A stretch of DNA of 64,000 bases from a virus (IMGVR_UViG_3300037493_004552:2235-66234), one strand, 5' to 3'; counted from the stretch's first letter, positions 36,383 to 50,507 are shown. A program made the numbers and translations. The notes: a model not told the origin generated them from the letters alone.

Positions 36383-38065
36383 TTAGATTCTGAAACCTTC
36401 GATGATAGCATGTGCTCCTGAATCGATACCTCCGATGATCAAAGCCATTTCTGTCCACACGTCGTAGTTTCTACATTCATGTTGACCTGGTAATGTAACA
36501 TCTTCAATATTGAATCCTTGAGTTGATTTCAAGATTGTTCCAGATTGCAAGTCTAATCTAGCGTTTGGTCTTGTTCTCAAACCTACAAGTGGTTTAGCGA
36601 TGAACAAAATTGAACCAGCATTTCTTGTAATCTTAGTCCACTCTGAACATGTCATGATCTCAGTCTTTCCATTTGGAGTTTGGATTACTGGGATTGTAAA
36701 GTCCTTAGTAACATTATCTGTTCTAGTAACCATAAATCCTGTAAATTTATTCCAAGCGTTATTGAGTTTCATGAATGCTGCCATAGCAGTATTATCCATA
36801 ACCATTGTAGTTATAGATCCTCTTGGTACCATACCTGAGTTTTGACAAGCAAGGATAACATCCAAGATAAGTCTTACTCTATCTTCGTCAGTCAATAGAC
36901 CAGCAGCAGATCTGATAAGTCTTAGTTGTGGTTTTAATGCATGAGCATTTCTCAAAGCTGGAATCAATCCGAGAGTTTCTCCAGGTAGATTTCCTGTGTT
37001 GATTGGATTTCTATTTCTTCCCATATAGAACATTCTAGCTGCAGATCTAACCATATTCAAGTTAGCTCCCCAAATCTTCTGTCTCAAATAATCCATTACT
37101 CCGTCTTTAGTGTCGTAAGATCTATTGAGCTCATTCTTATTCATAGAGAATTTATACCCTAAGTGTTGAATGAAAGATTGCTTCATGTTGTATCCTTGAA
37201 GTTGGAATGTGTTTGTAATAGGGTCACAATCATTTCTTGAATGGAATAGTTTCAAGATTTTATCACCAGGATAAGTTCCTTGATACCATTGATTAGGGTC
37301 ATTTAAGAATGTATTGATTGCGTTAGGTGCAACATTTCTTCCTTTGTAAGTTACCAATGGAAGTTCACCAGGATTACCATTACCTTCTAGAGTCAATCTT
37401 GTATAAGTTTGACCATTGAATACATGAGTATCAATAGCAGTAATAGTTCTGATGATTTGTGTTGAACAACAATCAATGTCAGAAATTCCATCAGTAGGAT
37501 CATTTCTATAAACAAGGATTGTATCATTTACTTCAACTAGTTTGTTTGTTCCAGGAGCATTCAAGTTGATAGGGTTACCATCTTTGTTTGCTATAAGAAC
37601 TTGATTAGTTGGAGCAGCTTCATCTTGTACGATGAAAATTTCTTCCTCTTCATATTTCCACTCTGACCAAATATATCTAGTACCATCAACTGGTTCGATA
37701 AGTTCAATGTTAGGAAATGATTTGAAAGTAAGAGCTGCTAATGGTGCATTCTGCATATTAGTAGGATCTAATATTTCGTCGTAATTGAAAAGCAATTGTG
37801 CAATTGTAGGGAATTGCGTCATGTATGCTTTAAACAAAGGAATTTTTTGTGTTTGAAGAATTGACAAAGCATCACCAACATAATATTTTCCGTTAGGAAA
37901 ATTATATTGTTGAGTATATGCTCCTGGTTCTCCAACATTGAGTCCAGTATTTACAACACCATTTAATCCATGCCATGTATATGACTGGGTTTGTGATGGG
38001 GTGACATCGCAAGGTGTAGTATCTGGAGCACACGGATTACACCCAGGTGATTTTGGATCGTACAT
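36383..38065 (-). CDS. major capsid protein (560 aa)
   Basis: Follows portal and scaffold, followed by a terminator, strongest codon bias; HK97-like end features (FYMGR...GLIP, IQTPNG, AHAIIEG). Confidence 0.8.
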   Translation of the reverse strand: MYDPKSPGCNPCAPDTTPCDVTPSQTQSYTWHGLNGVVNTGLNVGEPGAYTQQYNFPNGKYYVGDALSILQTQKIPLFKAYMTQFPTIAQLLFNYDEILDPTNMQNAPLAALTFKSFPNIELIEPVDGTRYIWSEWKYEEEEIFIVQDEAAPTNQVLIANKDGNPINLNAPGTNKLVEVNDTILVYRNDPTDGISDIDCCSTQIIRTITAIDTHVFNGQTYTRLTLEGNGNPGELPLVTYKGRNVAPNAINTFLNDPNQWYQGTYPGDKILKLFHSRNDCDPITNTFQLQGYNMKQSFIQHLGYKFSMNKNELNRSYDTKDGVMDYLRQKIWGANLNMVRSAARMFYMGRNRNPINTGNLPGETLGLIPALRNAHALKPQLRLIRSAAGLLTDEDRVRLILDVILACQNSGMVPRGSITTMVMDNTAMAAFMKLNNAWNKFTGFMVTRTDNVTKDFTIPVIQTPNGKTEIMTCSEWTKITRNAGSILFIAKPLVGLRTRPNARLDLQSGTILKSTQGFNIEDVTLPGQHECRNYDVWTEMALIIGGIDSGAHAIIEGFRI

Positions 38066-38128
38066 GTGAGAATACTATAAAGTAATAAAAAGAATTGTTA
38101 CAATATAGTTATCCAACTATACTGTAAA

Positions 38129-38953
38129 CTAAAATTGCATGACATTATATCAATCATCTTTCTTTGGTTCTGCCTTAGGCATGTCCATCGACGCACCTCA
38201 AGTTTCAGAATTAAAGTATGATCCTGATTTAAGCCAATCCAATAGATATGGATCCATTGGTTTTTCTGTAATCTGTTCGATAATCTTTGAAGCTTCTCAA
38301 ACTAAATTACGTTTATTATATAAGGTATTGTTATCCTTATTGAGTTTGTAATAGTCTATTAACGTTTGGAGCTCGTCTGGAAGTTGCACGGACTTACTTT
38401 TTTTCATCTCTCGCTCAAGTTCTTTTAACTTGTCGAAGACTTCGTTATTTTTTGCTCTTTCCTTTTCTAGCATCTGTTCTAACTGACCCTTCTCTACGGA
38501 CTCACGTTTCTTGTCAAACTCTAAGTTTGCAAGTTGATCTTCTAGGTCATATATATAATTAGTGATTTCCTCCTTTTCGTCAACTGATAACTGTTGGTTA
38601 TCATCTCTTTCTAGAATTTTAGGAACCTTAACTGATTTTTTATCAGGCTTTACATTGACATCATCTTTAATTTCCTGTTTTGTTTCAGGAGTTTTTTTAA
38701 CTAATTCAAGGAGATCATCAATCTCTTTATCAAGATTGTATGGTTCAGTTTGATTGTTTACTGGCTCAACAACAGGCTGTGGTTGTTGTTCTGGTTGTTG
38801 TGGTTGAGACTCAGACTGCACAGGTTGTTGTTGAATTGGTTCCTGTGTCTGTTTAAATTCTTCTGGATTAGGTTGTTGATCTGCTCTAGTATCACGAGGT
38901 TGCAGTCTTTCGATAACTGCATCCATCGGATCTACAAATTGTTCTCCACTCAT
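38129..38953 (-). CDS. capsid scaffolding protein (274 aa)
   Basis: Acidic Gln/Pro N-terminus plus coiled coil, directly upstream of the capsid gene. Confidence 0.7.
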
Positions 38954-38982
38954 GGGGATAATAATTTAAAAGATAAAAAGAA

Positions 38983-39093
38983 TTATTTGCAACATGTTGC
39001 TGATTTACAATCACATTTACCACAACATTTTTTTCCGAAAACTAATCTACATAATCGGCATCGGAATTTTTTACATGGACATTTTTTACACAT
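38983..39093 (-). CDS. 36-aa Cys/Lys-rich metallothionein-like peptide
   Basis: MCKKCPCKKFWCWLCRLVFGKKCCGKCDCKSATCCK; fills the gap and has the T-rich start box. Confidence 0.6.
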   Translation of the reverse strand: MCKKCPCKKFRCRLCRLVFGKKCCGKCDCKSATCCK

Positions 39094-39121
39094 AGGAATA
39101 ATATAATAAAGATAAAAGGAA

Positions 39122-41224
39122 TTACTCTGCTGCTGCTTTCATTACTTCAGCGATGTTCATAGGCGGAGCTACTTCTCATGGAGCAGTAGCAGCACCTACT
39201 TCGCTAGTTCATCATGTTGGCCCAGACTCTTCTGGTTGTTTAGGTATATATGGATATACTCATCCTCATTGTTGATATCCTCATCACTGTGGTGAGTTCT
39301 GGAATTGTCATTGGCCTCATCCCATCTGTGGTTCTTGAGGTAATAATTTCTTAGCTTCAGTTGTATAAAGCATCAACTGAACTTCCATATCGATAGCTTT
39401 CTGTTTAGCATCTTGTACCATCTTATAGTATTCATCTTCTCATAATACCATGTTAGGATCTTGCCCAAAGAGATTCAATCAGTTCTTAAGAAGATCACTG
39501 TTTTTAACTTGTCGTCTTTGTGTAACTGGGTCTTGACCTAGAGTCTTAACAGCATTCACTATCTCTGTGAATTGCGATCTCTCGACAATCTTGTTGATAT
39601 CTTTGATAGATTCAAATTCAAATTCGTAAATGTATCTACCCTCTAAGTCTTTTTGTTTGATAGTCTTTCGTTCACTTACCGAACCATCATCACCAAACAC
39701 TGGGACTTCAAATTCTTCTGGCATATATTCTTTCATGTATTCAATCCAATCTTCAGCAGTATCTGTAAGCATCTCATTCATAGAACCAATGAGTGGCTTA
39801 AGAGCATCACTCAATCATTCATATCTCAGATTCGAGTCTGTCGCCGACCTCGCTACTCCTTGGAGTTGATTGTAGTTCGACGGGCTCACAGTGAAGTTCG
39901 CCATGTCTAAGATATTTGTCATTGATGTAATTACACCAGGATCTACTGAAGGCATTTCGAGTGTCTCAATCTTTCATGGTCATCTAATTTGTTTGAATGT
40001 AAATGGTTCGTAATTCAAAATCTTTTCACTTCATTCAATGAACTGTCCTGGTTGTAGTAAGAACATAGGACCAGCTTTGAACTTGATCAAATCAAATGAC
40101 AAATTATATAATGCATCATATAGTTTTTGCTGACCTGCTAACATAGTTCAAACTCAGTCAGCTACTCGTACTCATGGCGATCTAGTGTATCCACATTTTT
40201 TAAATGGATGTACTTTATGTGTTACATCTTTTAATGGATTAACTCCATCATAAACTATATATCCATTAAGGAATAATACTAAGTTGTCTTCTGTCCATCG
40301 TTCACAATATTCTGAATGATTATTATCTAGAGTAAGTTGGAATAGATTATCAACTTGGAAATTCAAAGTATTAAGTGCATAATCTTCATAGTATTTAATA
40401 AGTCTAATCTTATCATAGTTCTTAAGTGAGAATGGTTTAGGATTTTTAACAATAAATTCTAAATGTTCTTTACTAAGCGATCAACTTAATGCAGCAATTT
40501 TTTTGATGATAGCATTTATAGGTAATACTTTTCTATAAATCATATCCCTTTGATCTTCATACGGAACAAAAGGCTCACCAAACAAATTAAATTCAGAAAC
40601 CCAATCAAAGATAGCATAATGATTTTGGATTCATCGAATATTTTTTATAGTTGGATCTTTAATTTCTTTCACCTTTTCTTCACTTGGCATGAATCAACAC
40701 CTAGCAAACCCTGGTCAAATATTGATAGCTGTTGTTCACATATCAACCAAAGACTTTCTAGCCTTTGATGAAGAGAAACAGTATTCAATAGCTGCTTGAA
40801 CCGTATCAGCTTTCTTTTTATTCTGTTTTGCAACAGGATAAACTTTAATAGCAAAGTTTGCACCAAACATTGCTGACACCAATCTATCAACATAAGTTCT
40901 AATGATAGGTTGTTTCTCATTTGTAAGAAAATGTAATCACTTTGCTTTCAATTCAAGTGCCCTATCTATCGTACACAACGTATAATCTTTTATTTCCTGT
41001 ACTCGTTTTGGAAAAAAGGTTTGTTCATAGATAGAAACCCTCTTGATAATATCAGCTCTGAATTTATTTTCAAGAGTAACTTGTCAAGTTTTATTAGTCT
41101 TAACTCAGTTCGTAGCATAGAAATCGAACTCAGTTGGGATCTGATGTTGTTGAAACATATCCATCTTCTCAGACACAGTAGGTGTCTGTTCAGATAGAAT
41201 GTGTGTTGCGGTTTGATCTACCAT
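39122..41224 (-). CDS. portal protein (700 aa)
   Basis: Size, position upstream of scaffold/capsid, P22/T7-like features, Gln/Pro/Gly tail. Confidence 0.8.
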
Positions 41225-41237
41225 AGATAATTGTTAA

Positions 41238-41738
41238 TTAATAAAGTTGTCATGGATTAGCGAATGCGTTAAGTACATTGATAACTGTATCGCTCTTATA
41301 GTATTTCTTAAGCTTAAGATACTTATCTACTAGTTTTATTATACTTGGCCGATCCCTTAGCATTGCTCCCTTTGGGCCTTGAAACACGGCGCTTTCTATT
41401 CCCTCCTTGATAACTCACATTATATAGTCATCATCCAAGCCCGCTTTTTCTAGTGCCGCTATTATCGTACCTAATTGCTTTTCTGCTAAGCTTTCTTTTC
41501 ATGGTATTAACAATTGTGAAGTCGATTGGTTTGTCAGGGTCCTCACGTTTTGTGAATCATCTTGCTGATCCTCACTTCTGACTAGGTGTTCTTCCACTTG
41601 GAGGAACTTCGGTTGGAATTCATTTACTAAAATCTGAGATTCTAGCAACTCAGGTTCCGACTCACTTTCCGTATTCAACGAGATAATCTCGTTCTTTGGA
41701 AGAATAATACTTTCATCAATAGGATTTGCTTGTTCCAT
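41238..41738 (-). CDS. putative terminase small subunit-like protein (166 aa), overprinted on the giant gene
   Basis: LEKAGLDDDYIMGVIKEGIE...RDW...VDKYLKLK; has its own T-rich start box. Confidence 0.5.
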
Positions 41739-44700
41739 AAGATTTATAAGGAGAAAATAAATAGGATAGGTTTCTCATTTGTAAAGAGGTATTAGAATAT
41801 ATTGGATATTCTTTACTATTATAATAATTTGAATTACCAAACGATGTTCAAAATTCATCTTTAAAATATTGTTGTGCTCATTTTTCTTTTGCTAATTCTA
41901 CTGTACCATCTACAGTACCATGAAGAAAACGCATAGTCTCCATAAATTCATCTTTATATTTAGATGTAGACATAGTAGGAGCGATAACAGATAACTTATT
42001 ATATAATCATATAAACATTCATTTCTTCATCTCTATCTTAGCTTCTTCAGAAAGATGTGATGTAGTTATATAGTTTAATGTATTGTTTAATCACTTTAAC
42101 ATAAGTCAGTTATATTCAATGCTTGCATTGTCTGAACCTTTAGGCATCCATAATGTTGCAAAAGCATTGCTTATTTTATATCCATCTGGATTTCAATTAG
42201 CCATTTGGATTTTAGCCATAAGATCCATAGCATATACTTGATTCATTACTGAGTTCTTATATGGTTTCTCTTCACCAGTATCTGTCTTCTCGTATGTAAA
42301 ATTGATATCTTTAGATGGTCTACCTGCTTTATCATACGGATCTGATAAACTACTTTGTAATTCAGGATGTGCTTCTCTAGCGTAGAATAACGACATGTTC
42401 TTCCATCACATTGGCTTATCAGTAATATACATTAAGTCACCATACATTTCTCAAAGATATGATTCTACTTGTTTACTTATAGTTGGATCTGGTTTTCCAT
42501 TAACCCAAGCACCATCTATATCACCCATTATTGTTCACCATTCTGATGAAACAACATTAGCTAACATCTCTTTTCCAGCACCAGGAGTATTAGCTTCAGC
42601 AAATGCTAACATCTGCACTGCTCATTTCTGATTTCATTTTACTGATTCATTAAATAATTTTAATCGTTGTGTCCAGTCTCATTCTTGCATAGAGTCTTTC
42701 ATTAGACCAACAAACAAATCTTCTTGATTCTGTCTAGCTGGCCACGTTCTTTCTGTACCAGTACTATCAATAAAATTAAAATTCTTTCTCATATCATCAA
42801 ACCAAGCTTGTGGATTAACCTTAGATCAATAGGATCACATATTAGTTAGTTGATAATATGCATATTGTTTTCCATCATTACTTATTGCGTTCCAATCTAT
42901 TTCTCATTTCAATATATGGTTTTGAAAGAAATCATCTTGTCATAATATTCATACTACCTTAGAATTTATTTCTTCATCTTGAAACTGTCATAACTTTCGA
43001 TCTTTAATAAATGGTAAATTATATAATATTCGATTACCAAGATAATTTTTTGGATCAGCTATTAGTTTTTGCATAGCTACATTACCACTCATCTTTCTAT
43101 ATTCTGCAATGAATGGGTCTTGATATGGCATTAACTCTTGTAGATATGCTTTATTAGTAAGCGGTGTATATAAATCAAAACTATTACTAGTTACTTCTTG
43201 AGATGAATAATACAAATATCATCCAGTTGCTTTTCTAAATGAAAGAAAAATATTTGGTAATAAATTCATAACATCTTTATCTCTTACAGTTTCTGATACT
43301 CAACCTATGGCTGCTTTAGCTAACGTTGCTCTCCTGAAGAAATCATTAATAATTTGTTTAGCAGTATCCAATCATGCCTTTTTAAAATCTGAACCTGTAA
43401 AATTTATTCTTCAATCATTATCTACATCTCATAGTATTCAATATATAAATGCTAATGCAGCTCTACCAAACGGATTAGATTCAAATGCTTGAATAGGAAA
43501 CGAATAATTTTTTCCTAACTCATATCATTCTCTTAATGTAGTTACAAAATCTTTTTGTCAATCGTTATCTGATATTAATCTATCTTGTTTGAATCACATA
43601 CCTATAGCAAGATTCATTTTTTCTATAAGATGAGCAAAGTCATCACTCTTTGAAACATAATCTAAAGCTCGTTTATCAGCTTCTATCTTTCATAATGTTT
43701 CTAGTTTATCTAAGTATATTTTTCAATATGTTCATCTTATTAATTTAGAACCAATAGCTTGTCATATAGTTTCTAAACTAGACTTCATCATACCCATACC
43801 CCACGATCCCATCAGTGAATATGTTCGGTATAATGCTTGTTTTAATTCAGGAAGTGTATTATCGAATGTTACTTTACCTTTCCAAAATTGTGTATATTGC
43901 CCAGTTCTTTTGTTAAGAATTTCTTCAGATCTTTCTTGTAAAGATTTAAGAATACTCATTCTTTCAGATTCAGAAACACTCTGAAGATATATATCTAATT
44001 GTTTGGCGGCATCGGGTCATGCAAACTGAGGAAGAAATTCTTCGATAGCTTGTCACAATGATTGGTTTCTTATAGACTTACTATAGAATATATCTGCTGC
44101 ATTATAAAATCATGATTTATATAAATCAGATGCTTTCATTGTAATTGCATCAACTGTATGTGCTAATCAATCAGCATCAACACCCATCATTTCTTTAGCT
44201 ACTCGTTGTTCATATTCACTTGTTGTATATAAAACATTATACTTTTGTCTAAAATCATATAACTCTTCGTTAGTAAAATGTTTAATATTATATTTTCTCA
44301 TAGTTTCAGTAAGCCATGCCATAGAGTTCATCACTAACATCTTAGGCATACCTCAAACATTTAATACTGTTTGTCATATTCTATATACATCAGCACCTAA
44401 GAATGTTTGGAAAAATTGTGCGATTCTTGATTCGTTATGATCATTACCAATATATTTCCATAGTGTACGATATCTATTCCAATCTATATCTGGAAAATCT
44501 ATCTTAAAAAAATCTTTAAACTTATCCATATTATCTCTAAGTTCTATGAATCAATCTCTATCAAAAAATTTCATGAACTCTCATAGACCTCAATCTCATG
44601 CAAGTCTAGATAAAGCAGCAACTTCGTTTCCTGTTCTTCTATCTAATCATAATGCAGATAATGTTTTATTAATAATTCATTTTCATTCTCCTGGTGTATA

Positions 44701-47700
44701 TTTTAATGATCTTAATTTTGTTTCTATCTTTCCTTTAAGTTCTGGATATTGTGGAAAAAATTTATCAGCAGTATCGTTAGCAAACCTTCTAACTTCTTCC
44801 ATAAGTTCATCGCTAATTTCTAACCCTGTATCAAATGTTTTTTTTGCTGCTATAGAAAGAGCTTTCCATAATGATAACCCATTAGATTTATATAATGGTT
44901 TTGTTAATTCAAATCAGTCATTATCTATGTTGGATCTTTTTAATGCATCATTAAGATTAGAAAATGTGAAAAGCTTATTAGCTGTTTGTCATTTAGCTAA
45001 TTGCACGCTTGTCATACTTGATATCTTTTTTTGTGTAAGAATATTCTCGGTAGTATCTATTCAGTTAGCAGTAAGAATAGGAATATTTTTTCATGGTAGT
45101 TCTTCATTTTTAACTATTTTATCTATGGCATTAATTTGTTTTCATACTTTATCGGTAATTAATGTTCACCAATATTGTCATGGCTCATTGGGATCTCTTA
45201 AATCTTTAAAGAATGTGAGCATTCTTTCTTTATCTGATATAGGTTTTCCTGATGAATCAGCAACATATCTAAATCATGTCTTAGGATCTATCTGAATACT
45301 TTCCCCTGCAGCTTCATCAAATAATAAATATCTTGTTGTCTGATATTTACCTTCAGATTTTATAGACTTAGTAGTAAGTGATTTAAATTCTTCTCATTTT
45401 TTAGGTTGAAGATTTTGAGATGTTCTTTCATATGTGTATTCTACTCCATCTAAAACTATTTTTCAACGTTGTCAAAAAGTATGATCGACATTCTCTATCA
45501 TATTTAACAACATCTTAGATGGCTCCTTAGAATATTTACCTTCTGCTATATAATCACTAATGAGATCTTTAGCAATAGTCTGTCTAGTGGTTTGTCTTCT
45601 ACCTCTAGTAGCTCATACTATTTCATTATCAGATAATTTTTTAATCATATTAATATTATCTACTTCACTTTTTCAATGCTTGAGTATATTATCTATCTCT
45701 GTATCAGTAATATAACTAGGTACAAGATTATTTGCCCTTATAAAATCTTTAGTAAGTTCGAATGTATCTCATATTCATGCAGCAATAGCTTTAGATTTTT
45801 TAATAATCTTATCTATTGGCATTCTTTTATACATATCTATTTTTGCTTGAACATATTGTTTAAGTTTTACAGCATCATATTTACCCATAGCATTATTATA
45901 CTTCTGCATATACTTATCTGTCATCTCATTGAAGATAGATTGATCATCTACAGACAATGTCATCCATTTTTTTTCTGGTATATCTCGAAGTTTCTTAGAT
46001 AATCATTCAGTAAATAATTGATTATACTTTATTGAGTCGGGTCCATAATGTTTTAACACTCTACTAACATCTACTATCGCATCAATAGCAGTAAATACTG
46101 TGTCTGTTCGGAAATTACTAGTGGTATATGCTTTTGGATTATGTCATTGTAACGCACCAGCCATAATATAATTATTTATCAATAACTTAGCAGGCTCTAA
46201 TAAAAGTTTTTGTGTTACATAACTATCTTTGCTTACCATATTGATAGCATCAAGAGGAGTCTTGCCTCATTTAATGAGTTCAAGATATTCTGGTAATACT
46301 TTTCATAGTAATTTATTTAATGGTGATCCTGCTGTCTCAGCAACTTCAGCAATATTTCTTCCAGACTTAACAAGCTTCGCTGTTTCTGCAGCTAATTGTC
46401 ATGCCTTTGCTAGTCTTGTTGCCTCAATACCTTTCTCTAATGTTGCAATTTCTCATGCTCATACTAGAAATGGTGCAATCTGAGCAACAAGTTCAGGTCA
46501 CATTTGTATTCATCTTCTAGTAAAGTTCTGAAATCACTCCCAAGTTTTCTTTGTCCATCATTGTGGTGGTGCTATTTTTGAATCAATATTAGCAAGTGAT
46601 TCCATATCCATACGCCCAAGAACTCATGCTGGTCAACCTAGATATATAAATCATTTCATAGTATTAAGTAAATTTTCTGCTTTAGAAAAACCTATACCAA
46701 CTCATTCTAGAATTTTTTGTCATACATTTCCTGATCTAAATTTCATTTCATTTATATTTTGTTGTGCAACATCTCATCTATTAAGTTTTAATGAGTCAAT
46801 TGCTTTATTTAATGATTCTTGTGGTCATCATGCTACATTATCCACGATTCATTTTAATGCTAATCCTGGCGCTAAAGCAATTCAAGAAGTAATAGTATTA
46901 CCTAAATCTTTTTCTCACATAATATCTTGTATGTTTTGATTAGTTTCTTTTAAATATGAATCTGTTAACTCATGAATACTATTTCATTTCAATCATAAGT
47001 TTACAATCATATATCTAACATAAGGAATTACATTCTCTTCATTATTCTTAATCATACTATTTGCTTCATCTATTTTTTTTTGATAATATTTCTTATCAGC
47101 ATCAGTTTTAGATGTAGTTAATAATTCTTCAGCCATTTGTTTTTGTATATATGGCTTAGAAAGCACATGATCTACATTACTATCCGTTATAAATTTATCA
47201 GCAATAGGATATATATCAGTTCATTCAAGTTTTTTTCATCTATAATTTCTTCACTGTAATATTGTATTAGTAAAAGGAGCAACAATATAATTATAATTTG
47301 TCTGTTGAATATTTTGTAATGTTTTTTTATCCTTAATCTCTGTATCACTAGGTCATATAACATCTTCTTCTCGCATTTTTTCTACTTCTCATTTATGAGT
47401 TGTATATTTTTTAGCTAGATTTTCCAATGTATTTGCTGATGGGACATCTTTTAATACTCCGTGTGACATCTCAAACGCTTGCGAAAAAATCTGATCTTGT
47501 AAAGCGTTAACCTCTGGAGCTTTTTGTTCAGTAGAAATATTAGGATTGTTAAGTATAGCATTCTTTTGTTGATAAAGTTGTGCTATATTATCCAAATAAT
47601 TGAAATCACTCTTACCACCAGCTGTTTTATATGGGCTAAATTTCTTAGGAAGGTCTACTTCGTTCTGTTTATAGAACTCATACTCTTTATTATTTTGTTT

Positions 47701-48201
47701 TTGTGGTTCAATAAACAATGGTTTAGCAATATCTTCAATAGCAAAATGTCCTATCCTTCAGATAGTGCTTCATATCTTACCTCGATTACTAGCATCTTCT
47801 GGCATTGGCTCATTCGTTTGATATCATTTAGTAACTCATCACATAATTTGAGGTATAACTGGTGCAGTATTTGGTACTCATCATCTATACGATAATCATT
47901 TGATCATTTCGCTTTGTGCTTTGGCAGCATCAGCTTTTTTCTGTGCTGCTTCTATATCTGCATCTTGTTTATCTTTTTCCTGCTGTGTTTTTGGTTGGAA
48001 AATATTTATCCAAGGTGTGGTTGGACGAAATGGTACATTAACTATTGGCTGTGTTTGTGGTATTTGTGTCTGTATTTGTGCTTGTGGCTGTTGTATTTGT
48101 TGTTGTGACACTTGTTGTGTGGGTACAGGTGTGTTATTATCACCATCAAACAAATCTACGGCTCTATCGTACAGACTTTTTAATGTACCTAAAATATTCA
48201 T
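41323..48201 (-). CDS. giant internal virion/DNA-ejection protein (2292 aa)
   Basis: Seven ORF-track fragments share one frame and join via TGA; no catalytic motif recognised. Confidence 0.7.
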
Positions 48202-48209
48202 ATATATAA

Positions 48210-50507
48210 TTAGTAAATAAACTTCTGGAAATATTTAACATTATCTACTGCGGTCTTCTCGTTTGTAATTTTATCCTGTTTTTCTTTCTTTCGTTTTCTT
48301 AAATCCTCTTTAGTTACCGTTTGTGCTGGTGCATCGCTCAATGATGCCTTTGGAACTAGTGTATATTTGAGTCCAAGAGTCTCATAATAGTAATACAATG
48401 CTACAAGTAAAGCGTTTACATGGTCATCATTCGCTCATACTCACGAATATGTAGTCTTTCCTGTGGCATCATCATAGATTTCATAGAATGCATCCATCTC
48501 TTTCTGTAATTGTGTCATACTATTTGACATTAATATCTTATCATGATCGAATAATATCTTTGCGATATTGATTAAGTGTGATTTTGGTACTCTCATCTCG
48601 TTCCATACATTACCTTTTGTTATATTGATTCCAGCATGATAAGCAATACGAAGATTAACTACAATTCATTTTAATTCCATGACTTCTGCAGTTGCTTTCT
48701 GTGTTCAATCCATAACAAAGTAGATATCACCAGGGTTATTTATGTACTGTTCAGCAGATTTCTTATGTACTTTTATCTGATCTGCCTGTACTCAGTAGTT
48801 AGTTTGGTCAACTTTATTCAAATGGGCTTCTTCCATTATAGCGATCTTATTCAAATGTTCATTATATCCCGTCGTAATCAATGGTGATTTGTCTTGAGAT
48901 AGTGCAGGATCATATCATTGTACTATGTATTTATAATTATTAACCAACAATGTCGTCGGATCTCTCAGAGTTGGTTCATATTTAAATATCTTTCCTTCAT
49001 CTGGGAACCTAGAATACAGTTCCGCTAGGTATTTCGCTGGGTCAGCACTATATTGTTTCTTGATTGCAATCTTTTCTATATCAGGAAGGAACTCATTATC
49101 ATCAATTGTGTAGCGGAGTCATGCATAATGTGTCATTGGTGTCATGGTTGATCGATTATCTTTAATAATTTGATCGATATCCTGCATAACCATCGACTGT
49201 TTCTCGTATTCAGTCAGCATTTCATAGAACCGTCACTTCTTTATATGCTTATACATCGTGGATGCAGCAACAAGCGTCGCTCCCTCATGGGTAATCATCG
49301 GTTCGATTCCATCATACACATCTCTTGCGATAAGGTGAGCCTCATCGATGAAAATATCGTCAGCAAAGAACCCGATTCATGGATTACGTCACTCCTGTGA
49401 GATGAACGTGATGGTTCCGAGTACCCTCTTTCATTCCTTGAAGGAAAGGATTCAATACTTCGAATCGTATCTGAACATCTGCTCTCCCGCTTCACCGAAT
49501 GCTTGTGTCATCTTGGTGATGTAATGTAATACTGGCATCAGGGCTTTCTCCGTTAGTCCTATGTACAGGACGGACGTTGGTCTGAATTGCGCTTTCGGAT
49601 TGTGTTTCATAACAGCACGGAGAGCTAGGAAGACCATCAGGAGCGTCTTACCTTGCCTACGGGGGCAGGCAAATAGGGTTCTCTTTCCCATTCTTTTGAT
49701 CACGTCGTACTGTCGTCGTTGGAGGAGCGGCCTCAATTTCTTTTCTGGGTCGATGTCACGTCATTTGGCGTTGGCAGCGTCAGAGAAGATGGCGTATCTC
49801 AGTCAGGCAGTATAGTTGTCTTCAATATGGACATCAAGAACTGGGTTAGAAATAGTAAAGTCGTAGTTTTTCTTGATCGGGAAATCCATATTCTCTTTGG
49901 ATAAGTTGGATTTGATCGACAGTTTGTAATCGATCTCCATCTTATACCCGTCTAAATACTCTTTCATGAGGATCAGTGCTGTCTGTTCGATCGCTTCTTC
50001 TTCCGTGATATTCTGTCTCGCTTTCGCGATATCAGTTGTAGTTTTATTTAACGAGAAAAATATAGGCACATTATTGATCAGTGTGATATTATGTGTCTTA
50101 ATCAGTGATTGTCGTACACCGAGAACGTTATCGGATAGCATCTTTCGCTTCGCTTTCTGAACGATGTAGTCATAGAAAGCTGCTGTTATGTTGGTGTCGG
50201 GGATATCTTGATTTGGGAATAGCTCTTCTGGACGGTCGGCGTGTGGTGTCCATAACGGCAGTTTGTGTATGATCTTCTTACCATACACCTCGATCGTCGT
50301 GTCTTGCCACGCGATATTACTGTTCTCTTTCGTGAGTTGGTTGACCTGGTCCCATCGTGTAACCGCCTGTAACGACGAGAATGTCTGGTCCGAGTCTTTG
50401 ATTCTGCCTTCGTATACTAACCCGTATTTCAGCGCACGAGAAACCCGTCCGTATTCTACGGGTTTCTGGTTGGGATATATTGTTTGGGTTATAACACTAT
50501 CGGTCAT
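48210..50507 (-). CDS. terL: terminase large subunit (765 aa) with a ~250-aa N-terminal extension
   Basis: WQ motif, PRRQGKT, IFIDEA, GYDPA, NDDHVNA. Confidence 0.9.

Noticed and set aside
44546-45295. 249-aa + strand ORF and similar antisense ORFs across 11.7-52.6 kb
   Set aside because: They lie opposite long continuous minus-strand genes and lack motifs or start signals.
47900-48220. Very Cys-rich + strand ORFs
   Set aside because: Antisense shadows of the Gln/Thr-rich (CAA/ACA) N-terminus of the giant minus-strand gene.
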